DNA of 64,000 nucleotides from an uncultured Candidatus Saccharibacteria bacterium (GTDB taxonomy: Bacteria; Patescibacteriota; Minisyncoccia; UBA6257; JACRHY01). Numbering within the stretch: the first letter of the stretch is position 1; each line of letters opens with the position of its first letter. The stretch covers positions 2,176-66,175 of the forward strand of contig CAYHUJ010000001.1 in assembly GCA_964360035.1 (NCBI GenBank). Reading direction: 5' to 3'. The translations under genes were made by a program, and so were the position numbers. Positions 56,481 to 64,000 of this stretch are shown in pieces. The notes under the pieces were generated by a model. It searched no databases and was not told where the DNA came from. It was given only the letters and a program-made list of their open reading frames with translations.

Positions 56481-57234
56481 GTTTTTGATGTTCTTGCGTT
56501 ATTTCATTCAGACCGTATTTATTAAACCAAAGCCACCAGCGCACCTTGAAGGCCTCCCATAAAACCTGAAAATAAGCCAGCGGCTTCACGTGCGAATGGG
56601 GATCGTTTATCCAAATGACGGGCATCTCTTTCATTTTATATCCGAGTTCTTTGGCTATAGCCAGCGCTTCTATGTCAAATCCCCACCGCCGTATTTTCGC
56701 CAGAGAAAAAATTTTTTCCGCCGCTTCCTCGGAAAAGCACTTAAATCCGCACTGGGTGTCCCAAATGCCCGGCAAAAGAAGAATCTGGACGATAAGATTT
56801 CCGATATTCCCCAAAAAACGGCGATGAAAGGGCTGGGGCGGCGACAATCGCGCGCCCTCAACGTCGCGCGAACCGAAAACGACGTCGTATCCCTCTTTGA
56901 AATAAGGAATCATTTTATTGAACTGATCCACCGAGGTTGAGTTATCCGCATCCATGAAAAGCCGCCAGTTGCCCTTGGAGGCCAGCATCCCCTGCGCCAC
57001 CACCGCGCCTTTCCCCCTGTTTTTATCGTTATCTATCAGCGACAGATTCGGCATCAGTTCGGAAAAACGCCTGACGACGTCGGCGGTATTGTCTTTTGAG
57101 CCGTCATTAATGACGAGGATTTCGTAAGAATACTCTTGCCGCGAAAGATGCTTATCAACGTCAATAAGCGTCAGCGGAATCCTCTTCGCTTCGTTGTAGG
57201 CGGGAATGACGACGGATAAAAACGGTTTAGGCAT
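56458..57234 (-). CDS. GT2 polyprenol-phosphate glycosyltransferase (Dol-P-Glc synthase-like)
   Basis: VIPAYNE, DGSKD, GKG, DAD, DTQCGFK and WGFDIE. Confidence 0.9.
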   Translation of the reverse strand: MPKPFLSVVIPAYNEAKRIPLTLIDVDKHLSRQEYSYEILVINDGSKDNTADVVRRFSELMPNLSLIDNDKNRGKGAVVAQGMLASKGNWRLFMDADNSTSVDQFNKMIPYFKEGYDVVFGSRDVEGARLSPPQPFHRRFLGNIGNLIVQILLLPGIWDTQCGFKCFSEEAAEKIFSLAKIRRWGFDIEALAIAKELGYKMKEMPVIWINDPHSHVKPLAYFQVLWEAFKVRWWLWFNKYGLNEITQEHQKHAEESEK

Positions 57235-57248
57235 AATTGATTAATCGC

Positions 57249-57647
57249 TTATTCGGTCGTTGCGCCGTCAAACTCCGCTTCATTATCCTCGGCTTCTTCT
57301 TTAGTTTGACGCACGATGCCGTCTTTGTGATGAGCCGGCGAATAAATGGTATAGAGCTTGAGTTCTTCCGAATCGGAAACGTTTATTATGTTATGTTTGG
57401 CTCCGGCCGGCACGATCACGGCCGCGCCGTCGGCGACGTCGTATTCATTGCCGTCAATGACGCACCTCCCCGTTCCTTGTTCAAAGCGGAAAAACTGGTC
57501 ATTATCCGGATGAATCTCCATTCCGATTTCTTCTCGGGGTTTTAAGCTCATTAAGACCAGCTGGCTGTGCTTTGAAGTGTAAAGAACTTTGCGGTAGTTC
57601 CCGTTTTCCAGAGTATCTTTTTCAATATTAACGACAAATCCTTTCAT
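57249..57647 (-). CDS. Cupin-domain protein
   Basis: QLVLMSL, EIH..DQFF, PAGAKHN and LYTIYSP. Confidence 0.9.
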   Translation of the reverse strand: MKGFVVNIEKDTLENGNYRKVLYTSKHSQLVLMSLKPREEIGMEIHPDNDQFFRFEQGTGRCVIDGNEYDVADGAAVIVPAGAKHNIINVSDSEELKLYTIYSPAHHKDGIVRQTKEEAEDNEAEFDGATTE

Positions 57648-57750
57648 AAATTTAAATTTTGATTAATTTCAGACGCGCAACGGCAGGATGGAGCCGCCGG
57701 TTTCAAAATAAACAAAAGACGGGCCTTTTACGATTATTATAGCAAAACCC

Positions 57751-57897
57751 GTTTTAACTTCAAATCCACATCCCGGTCCAAACGCATAGGCGTAAAACCT
57801 TATGTGTCTGGATTAGGGATGCTCCGCCGACGCCGTTCCCCCGCTGATATCATACGATTGCTTAATTTTTGAGCGGGCCGCCAGGCGAAGTTGAAAC
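57751..57897 (+). ncRNA. Candidate structured non-coding RNA (unassigned)
   Basis: Nested helices whose non-canonical pairs are G-U only on the + strand; see findings. Confidence 0.35.
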
Positions 57898-57915
57898 AGG
57901 CCCGGTTTGAATTTG

Positions 57916-57986
57916 AGCGGGATACGAGAATTGAACTCGCGTCTGTTGCTTGGGAAGCAACCGTACTGCCACCGTACGAATCCCGC
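57916..57986 (-). tRNA. tRNA-Gly (CCC)
   Basis: GCGGGAT/ATCCCGC acceptor stem; GTTGC-TT-CCC-AA-GCAAC anticodon arm; GCGAG-TTCAATT-CTCGT T arm; G at position 14 is atypical. Confidence 0.88.
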
Positions 57987-58148
57987 TCCAGTAATAAAAC
58001 CAAGTCAGTTTTCCCAAAATTTTTACGAGCAAAGCGGAGCTTTGCGGCGGCTGGCGGCGGGATTTTAGATGGCTTGCGGGGGGAAATTTCCTTGAACAAT
58101 CTTTATCTTGGTATGGTATAATGTATATGTAATCAATAAGTTGCTTTT

Positions 58149-59501
58149 ATGGAATCAACTACTTCATTTCTAATCGTCGCGCTTGGTTATCTTGCCTTTG
58201 GCATAGCGACGGTAATTTGGATAACCAAAAAGAAAAAGGCGGGCGAGAAGATTTCTTTGCTGGCAAAGATTATCATCGCCATGGTTGTTCTTTCCAGTTC
58301 TTCCGCTCTTCTTTCTGTAATTATTGAGCCGTCTCCGGAGCAGGAGACAAACGCTCCCGAAACCAGCACTCTTTACGTAAAAGAGGGAGGCGCGAATGTC
58401 CGCGAATGTCCTTCAACTTCGTGCAAAGTGATTAGCACGCTTCCCCAGAACGCGTGGTTCACGTTTTCGGGCGATTCTTACGACAAATATCCCAATTGGG
58501 CCGAAGTTACCCTTCTGGACGGGCGGGGCGGCTATGTGAGCAAAAGCACGCTTTCTTTTGAAGTATCCGAAGTGCCGCAGCCGCAAGAAAATGGAATCAG
58601 ATTGGCAAAATGGAACTTTGATCCGTTGGAAATCGACGGTTCGTATGGCATTTCGTTTTGCATTCCGGATTCAGCACGCTCCGGAGCAACCTGCGGCGGC
58701 CTTGCCGGAGACACCCAAACCCCGATCGGCGGTTCCCCGCCATATTCGTTCGTCAAAAGCTCCGGCTTTCTGCCGCCTGGAATGTCGCTTGAGCTGAACG
58801 GCCTGCTTTCGGGTTCGCCGACAACCGAAGGCACTTATAATTTTAAACTTTGCGCCAAGGATTTATCAATGAACCAGGGGTGCGAGAATTACACGCTGGT
58901 GGTGAAAAAAGAAGATTCAATTGCTCAACCTTCCTCTGGCGGAAATTATAAAGCAGTTTTGTCGTTTACTGCCGATATGCAAAATTATCAACGCAATAAC
59001 GATTCGCTGCTCGCTAATAACGAACATGTATCCGTGACAGTTACGGCTAGTAGATCAGAACAAGATGAACAGGGTAGTAAAAGTATCAGCAGTTATAATT
59101 TTTCTTCTACTGGACGAAGCAGTATTTACGTAAGTAGTAATTGTATATCGCAGTATAGCGGGACTTTTGGCGATAATTTGGACTCCGGACCAGGAGCCAT
59201 ATACGGTTATCTGCCTTCCCGTCCACTTATATTCAAAGCAAGAACAGGATACGCCGGGGATTATAGGGATTTTGATTATACGCCATTATCAGCAGATTTT
59301 TGTGCGACTTGGCCTCCGGATGTGTTCATAAGAGAGGTTTTGTCGGACATTATATCCGGCACAGGAGGGGGCATTGCCCTAGATCAACGCAGCTTGAATC
59401 CGGCAGGAGAAACTATTTCTTTTAGCAACGATTATCGTCCCGAACATTTAGCTACAGACAGAATTACTTATAACGGCACGCTGGTATTTACGAAAGAGTA
59501 A
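58149..59501 (+). CDS. Membrane-anchored surface protein: 2 TM, SH3b-like, putative Ig domain, unassigned C-terminus
   Basis: ANVRECPSTSCKVI...WAEV...GYVS (SH3b-like); GGSPPYSF..LPPGMSL..GLLSGSPTTEGTYNF (putative Ig). Confidence 0.85.
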   Translation: MESTTSFLIVALGYLAFGIATVIWITKKKKAGEKISLLAKIIIAMVVLSSSSALLSVIIEPSPEQETNAPETSTLYVKEGGANVRECPSTSCKVISTLPQNAWFTFSGDSYDKYPNWAEVTLLDGRGGYVSKSTLSFEVSEVPQPQENGIRLAKWNFDPLEIDGSYGISFCIPDSARSGATCGGLAGDTQTPIGGSPPYSFVKSSGFLPPGMSLELNGLLSGSPTTEGTYNFKLCAKDLSMNQGCENYTLVVKKEDSIAQPSSGGNYKAVLSFTADMQNYQRNNDSLLANNEHVSVTVTASRSEQDEQGSKSISSYNFSSTGRSSIYVSSNCISQYSGTFGDNLDSGPGAIYGYLPSRPLIFKARTGYAGDYRDFDYTPLSADFCATWPPDVFIREVLSDIISGTGGGIALDQRSLNPAGETISFSNDYRPEHLATDRITYNGTLVFTKE

Positions 59502-59516
59502 CTCGTTTATCAGGGG

Positions 59517-59912
59517 ATGAAACTTCTCGATAAAAAATGGAAATGGGCGGCGGCGGTAATTTTGCTGCCGGTGGTTGTTATATTGATCGGGATCTACGTA
59601 TATTTTTTTTGGACCTGTTGCCCGGAGCCGGCAACTGAACGTTTAAGAGCTTCGTGTCAAGTGGAAGGAGGATTTTTTGTTGAAGAGTTGGAACAATGCC
59701 AACTGCCGGCATCGGACGCGGGGAAAACATGCAAAGATTCATCCGAATGCGAGGGTTTCTGCGAAGCGGATCTGTCCCCGGATGAAATATCAAAAATAAC
59801 CAACGGGGAACGAGTGGAAAAAACGGGCGCCTGCGGGCGGTGGAAAAACTTTTTTGCGGGATGTTTTTATATAATAGAAGACAGCGCGGTTGAGAGATTT
59901 TGCGCTGACTAA
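59517..59912 (+). CDS. Cys-rich membrane-anchored protein
   Basis: N-terminal TM; DAGKTCKDSSECEGFC pattern; 10 Cys. Confidence 0.8.
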   Translation: MKLLDKKWKWAAAVILLPVVVILIGIYVYFFWTCCPEPATERLRASCQVEGGFFVEELEQCQLPASDAGKTCKDSSECEGFCEADLSPDEISKITNGERVEKTGACGRWKNFFAGCFYIIEDSAVERFCAD

Positions 59913-59924
59913 CGCCGAATTAAT

Positions 59925-60053
59925 ATGAAGAAACTTTATCTCATTTTAAAAATTCTGCTCATTCTGGCGGCTTTAATCGCGCTGGGCTATTTACTTACTC
60001 CCACCGACAGTGAAGTCATTTTGAAAAGGCCATGGCTTGAAAAGGCCGAATAG
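59925..60053 (+). CDS. 42-aa single-TM peptide, possibly a truncated gene
   Basis: Translated by hand as MKKLYLILKILLILAALIALGYLLTPTDSEVILKRPWLEKAE; ends just before the right IR. Confidence 0.45.
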   Translation: MKKLYLILKILLILAALIALGYLLTPTDSEVILKRPWLEKAE

Positions 60054-60275
60054 TGTGAAAGGGGTTTTCCCCCCCGCAAGCCGTCTAAAATCCCGCCGCC
60101 AGCCGCCGCAAAGCTCCGCTTTGCCCATTGTCCCAAGCCAATTCCGCTCGCTTCGCTCGTTTTTAGAGTGAGGTTCAAAAATTCAAAAGCCGAAGATTTT
60201 AAGGTACAACACTTGCCCCACCATCCCGTGCGCGTGTTAAAAACTTTTGCCGTCTTGAAAGACCGGCAAACCCCC

Positions 60276-63200
60276 TTATTTCCCGCGGCCAAGATTATTC
60301 CAATCTTTTTTCTTAAGGAGTTCAAGAACGGGTGCATCTTTCTTGTCTTTAGGAATAATAGGCATGGTCTCATCGTTTATACCTGCCATATCCAAATCGT
60401 TCGGACCTATTTCCCACGCCTCTCTATCGTTAAAGGATGTTTTAACAATACCTACATCAAACAGAACTCTGGGCTGGGGTTGGGTCCCATCAATGATTGC
60501 TGGTGCCAGTAAATAAATACCAAATCTTTTAAAGCTTGCTGAAAACATATCAAGATTTGTTGTGGCATCGGGGGTCAGGGTATGCACTCTCGACACAGTA
60601 ATAAGACGCTGATTCTTTGGCGGTCTTTTTGTAAGGTCAAGATTTGTAGTAACAACTGCACGATACCAAGCAGGATTTTTTTCTGAAACTCCTCGTATCA
60701 TCGAAATTCTAATCGTCTCATCCGCATCTTTTTCGCCAAATATACCTCTCCAATCCTTAAATATCGCTCTGGCTTTTTCTTCGTTTTTAAACAAGAAGGC
60801 CATTACAGGCGGACGGCTAGGTATTGTGATGTAAAGCACACCGCCCCAGCCCGCTTCGTCCCATAGATGTTGGCGGATTACCGAGACATTCTTAATTTCG
60901 TCATGCCGCTTTGGAGTACCAGAAGATTTTTCCTCACTTTCTTCTTTTTTAAATTCTTTGGTTTTAACAGGCTTTCCACTTTTTTCAGGGGTGTATGGAT
61001 ATAAAGTTGCCTCAGGATTTATCCAGTTAAGGATAGATCTTTTAGGGTTATACCCCAAGACATTTCCCAAAGTAACCATTGGCGTAGAGAAACTGAAGGC
61101 CCTAGAATTAACTTCCTCGTCTTTAAAAAGTTTGAGCAAATCAACGTCAGCATCTTTGAAAAGGACAGTGTTTGCAATCAGGTGCAATACAATCTCCGAG
61201 ATTTTAGAGGAAATTTTTTCCTGTTGCTCTTTTGAAAGAGAGTGAGGACTAAAAGAACCACAGGTAATAGCTATGCCGAATTTACCGTCTTTTTGAATCT
61301 CATATATTATTTCTTCCTTTAGTGATTCATCGCGTGTGATCGTGATATAGGCACTGCTGTCTCTTGAGGCGGCATCCATTTCCAAAGTGGTAGACAAAAA
61401 GCTCTCAAGAGCCGCGAGAACATACTCGCCGATTTCGATTTCGGGGCTACCGTTGGGTGCTTTGATAATATATTCGCATCCTAGAACGCTTGACCTTAAT
61501 TCCACTACTTCACCAATATAGTATTCTGGCGCGCTTGGCAGATTTTCTTGAGCAGGTTGGGAAAGATATGAATTGAAAAATTCATCAACTTCATCGGGAG
61601 GCATCTTTTCCTTAAAAGAATCTGGAACCATGTCTTTTCCACCAAGACGGTATAGCAAGCCAAAGGCGGCAAAATCTAGGTCCATCTGCATTAACGTATC
61701 GGGTAGTTTCTCTAATATTTTCAATTGCTCGTCAAGTGTTTTGATTACCAGCAGCCCCATAAGCGAACCAAAGAAAAGATCATCATTCAGTAGTTTTGAT
61801 TTTTGTTCATCTGTTTTTAAAAGTTGAGCAGAGAGAAGATGGTGAAGCTGATGCCACTCAAGTGCGTATCCTATTCGGCCTAATTGGACCTCAATAGTTC
61901 TCAATCTTTTGTAGCAAGCGAGCTGCATTGTGTTGATTTTGCTATACACCCAAAAATCACTTGTTGCATGGGAGGCGGCATTCAACAGTACGCCGCGAGC
62001 AGCCCAAAGTAGGCCAGCATCTTCATAGGCAAATGAAAGAGTGAATAGCGCATGAACTAGCTGGTCCTTGCTCTCTTTTTTGTAAAAACGCCTTAGCGCT
62101 CTACCGAGAAAATCTATAGCCTTGTAAGTTCTCCTGCCTTTTAAATGTTGGATTCCACGATTAAGGAGTATTTCACCTGCCGCAAGTTCTCCTTCTCTGT
62201 TCGTCACCACCTCAACCAGATGCTCTTGAAGTTCTTCGTAAGCGCTTTCACCATTGAATACGTCATCCATTTCATTCAAGAGCCGGAAGGTTATTTCAAA
62301 GGGGAAACCGATAAGGTTGCTGGCCTTATCCATCACATCTTTAAGTTGCCGAAATGCTTTTGCTACTTCTGCAGGGTCATCTCTTTTGCGTAAAAGATTC
62401 GCAAAACAGAGCATGGCTTCTGCGTGTACCGATGCACTGGAATTAGCCTTATTACTTTTATGGGTTTCCAGTTTTTCAAAAAGATTTTTTGTTTTTTCCT
62501 CAAGCATTTCAGGCGACACCAAGTTAGATGTGCCAGCAAGAGCGGACAGAAGACCCCAAAGATTATTCAGCCTTTCGGCGGAAAATATGTTATTTGAGGC
62601 AAGTGCAAGTTTTTCTATGGCATCGTACTGCTTTAAAAAGGCATTAAAATCTTCAAACCAAAAGAACGTGGTCCATGCTCGTTGATATAAAGCGGTGAAC
62701 TGTTGGTCGCTAGTGCCGTGCTCATTAGCAAATCGTATTGCACGATCAAATAAAGATTCGACATCCTGACGCGGCTCATCAAGCTCCGCAGCTATTAACG
62801 CCGCGTCTAAGCACTCGTCAACGGTTTTTATCGTGACACTGGACTTACTTACGTCTTCTGCGATAGAGGAATTTAATTCATCGAACTGCTTTTTTCTTTG
62901 TGAATCCAAGGGACCGGCTTCTTTTTTTTCCTCAAGCCCATCTCCCATTTTTAATTCTTCAATAGCAAGCTTCTGCCTTTTATTTGCAAAAACCTTATCA
63001 AGAATCCAATTCCTATCAAGGACAACAACCTGAAAGCTGTATTTTTTAGACAATTCGTCCTCCAGAGTTGCTCTTGTTTTGTCCCTCGCAAATTCACTCG
63101 TTATACAAAAGACTTTTGCGTAAGACCTGCCTGTTTTATGTATTTCTTCGGTGTCGCTTCTAATTTTTCCTGACCAATCTTTTTGAGTGCTAAAAGCAAA

Positions 63201-63524
63201 GGCAAAATCTTCCTTGCTTTGATTGTCCTGACCTTGGAAAAAAGCACTTCGTATTTGAGAAGCGACAGGGATTGTAGATGAGTCAACTTTGCTATCGCCG
63301 CCGCCCGTAGAGCCAGTTTGAGGTCGAAGGTTGGGGCAAATCTCGTATTGACAAAGCTTCCGCGCGAATTCTTCAAAATCCTGCTCCTGTTTTCTTTGCC
63401 CCAAGGTATCTAAGTGATACTCAAGGGTCGTACGGTTTAGTTTGCTCTCCGTTACTATTTTTGAATCAGAAAACCTGTGAGGTTTTCTTTTTTTCATAAA
63501 ATCTTTTGGGGACGGAATACTCAT
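60276..63524 (-). CDS. 1082-aa protein with N-terminal restriction-endonuclease-like domain and helical/TPR-like core; putative defence protein
   Basis: FEEFARKL...GGGDSKVDS...FAFSTQKDW nuclease-like pattern; long helical region; GC clearly lower than the backbone. Confidence 0.75.
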   Translation of the reverse strand: MSIPSPKDFMKKRKPHRFSDSKIVTESKLNRTTLEYHLDTLGQRKQEQDFEEFARKLCQYEICPNLRPQTGSTGGGDSKVDSSTIPVASQIRSAFFQGQDNQSKEDFAFAFSTQKDWSGKIRSDTEEIHKTGRSYAKVFCITSEFARDKTRATLEDELSKKYSFQVVVLDRNWILDKVFANKRQKLAIEELKMGDGLEEKKEAGPLDSQRKKQFDELNSSIAEDVSKSSVTIKTVDECLDAALIAAELDEPRQDVESLFDRAIRFANEHGTSDQQFTALYQRAWTTFFWFEDFNAFLKQYDAIEKLALASNNIFSAERLNNLWGLLSALAGTSNLVSPEMLEEKTKNLFEKLETHKSNKANSSASVHAEAMLCFANLLRKRDDPAEVAKAFRQLKDVMDKASNLIGFPFEITFRLLNEMDDVFNGESAYEELQEHLVEVVTNREGELAAGEILLNRGIQHLKGRRTYKAIDFLGRALRRFYKKESKDQLVHALFTLSFAYEDAGLLWAARGVLLNAASHATSDFWVYSKINTMQLACYKRLRTIEVQLGRIGYALEWHQLHHLLSAQLLKTDEQKSKLLNDDLFFGSLMGLLVIKTLDEQLKILEKLPDTLMQMDLDFAAFGLLYRLGGKDMVPDSFKEKMPPDEVDEFFNSYLSQPAQENLPSAPEYYIGEVVELRSSVLGCEYIIKAPNGSPEIEIGEYVLAALESFLSTTLEMDAASRDSSAYITITRDESLKEEIIYEIQKDGKFGIAITCGSFSPHSLSKEQQEKISSKISEIVLHLIANTVLFKDADVDLLKLFKDEEVNSRAFSFSTPMVTLGNVLGYNPKRSILNWINPEATLYPYTPEKSGKPVKTKEFKKEESEEKSSGTPKRHDEIKNVSVIRQHLWDEAGWGGVLYITIPSRPPVMAFLFKNEEKARAIFKDWRGIFGEKDADETIRISMIRGVSEKNPAWYRAVVTTNLDLTKRPPKNQRLITVSRVHTLTPDATTNLDMFSASFKRFGIYLLAPAIIDGTQPQPRVLFDVGIVKTSFNDREAWEIGPNDLDMAGINDETMPIIPKDKKDAPVLELLKKKDWNNLGRGK

Positions 63525-63525
63525 A

Positions 63526-64000
63526 TTATTTTTTCTTCAATTTTTGAAGTTCTTTATATGCTTCATAATATCGTTTACATTCCTCTTGAGGATCCGTTAT
63601 CCTTCGGTGAAAAAATTTTGTTAGCTCTTGTCTTGTTGCCCAAGCATCAAAAAATACTTGCGCGAAACTGTCAGCATCTCTAAAAGGATTCCGGCCCTTA
63701 TATCGTATCTTTTCAACATTATTTTGATGTGCGACTTGATTTCTCAAATCGGATAGCGGCTTTATGCTGGCAATATCATATGGCCAATTTTTAAGTATAG
63801 GCCATAAAATTTTGTACATATTACCAAAACTTAATTCCTCAACCATTTTTTCTAAATCGGCAAAAACTTTTTTATCATCATCTTCTTTGCCGGTTTCAAA
63901 AACTATCGGTTTGAAATAGTGATAAAAAATCTGACGAAACAAAATCTCTATCCCAGCGTGAATATCAAAAATTACCGACCTAACAAAATGATCATCGTCC
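63526..64000 (-). CDS. 5'-partial protein with HEPN-like RxxxxH motif
   Basis: Frame stays open to the window end (DDDHFVRSVIFDIHAGIEILFRQ...); LRNQVAH; ends 1 bp before the next ATG. Confidence 0.65.
   Translation of the reverse strand, partial: DDDHFVRSVIFDIHAGIEILFRQIFYHYFKPIVFETGKEDDDKKVFADLEKMVEELSFGNMYKILWPILKNWPYDIASIKPLSDLRNQVAHQNNVEKIRYKGRNPFRDADSFAQVFFDAWATRQELTKFFHRRITDPQEECKRYYEAYKELQKLKKK

Larger units (their letters stand above)
58029..60124. mobile_element. Cargo cassette bounded by ~58-bp inverted repeats (58029-58086 and 60066-60124); no transposase inside
   Basis: GCAAAGCGGAGCTTTGCGGCGGCTGGCGGCGGGATTTTAGAYGGCTTGCG(6-7)AAA at both ends in inverted orientation; 1 substitution and 1 indel. 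Confidence 0.75.

Noticed and set aside
57800-58121. ORFs spanning tRNA-Gly, and ORF 41752-42034 spanning tRNA-Gln
   Set aside because: Overlap RNA genes; treated as non-coding or remnant sequence.
59987-60512. ORFs 59987-60373 (-) and 60168-60512 (+) as intact genes
   Set aside because: They overlap the large CDS and the inverted repeat; only the short recombinase-tail-like stretch is kept, as a possible remnant.
1-64000. Alternative genetic code (TGA read as Gly, as in Gracilibacteria/Absconditabacteria)
   Set aside because: Conserved genes are full length under code 11, and several (gltX, ftsW, scpA, pgk) end at TGA.

Overview
A 64-kb segment of a small-genome bacterium, most likely Candidate Phyla Radiation/Patescibacteria (Parcubacteria-like). 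This is an inference from gene content and from the absence of Shine-Dalgarno (SD) sites before housekeeping genes. The backbone carries glycolysis (pfkB-family kinase, fba, pgk, tpiA), translation (rplY, rpmA, rplI, gltX, def, fmt, dus), division and wall genes (scpAB, dac, mraY, ftsW, murG, M23, ctpA), repair genes (udg, mpg, rnhA), RNase P RNA, tRNA-Gln and tRNA-Gly. Five accessory layers stand out. (1) A RAYT-like HUH transposase has three perfect ~30-bp palindromes, and their GACGTCCGAC heptamer core recurs as in-frame arrays inside tpiA; a second heptamer family invades def/fmt. (2) About eight orphan gene units have strong SD sites, a boxA-like leader motif and their own terminators. 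(3) A 2.1-kb cargo cassette bounded by ~58-bp inverted repeats, with no transposase, sits next to tRNA-Gly. (4) A low-GC putative defence pair (HEPN-like plus nuclease/TPR-like) lies at the right end. (5) Several odd proteins: a histidine kinase lacking its His, a Cache-PAS sensor with no output domain, IscU with a DnaJ-type zinc-finger insert, an obg remnant, and a His-x-His-repeat membrane protein. All assignments come from reading motifs by eye; no database searches were run.
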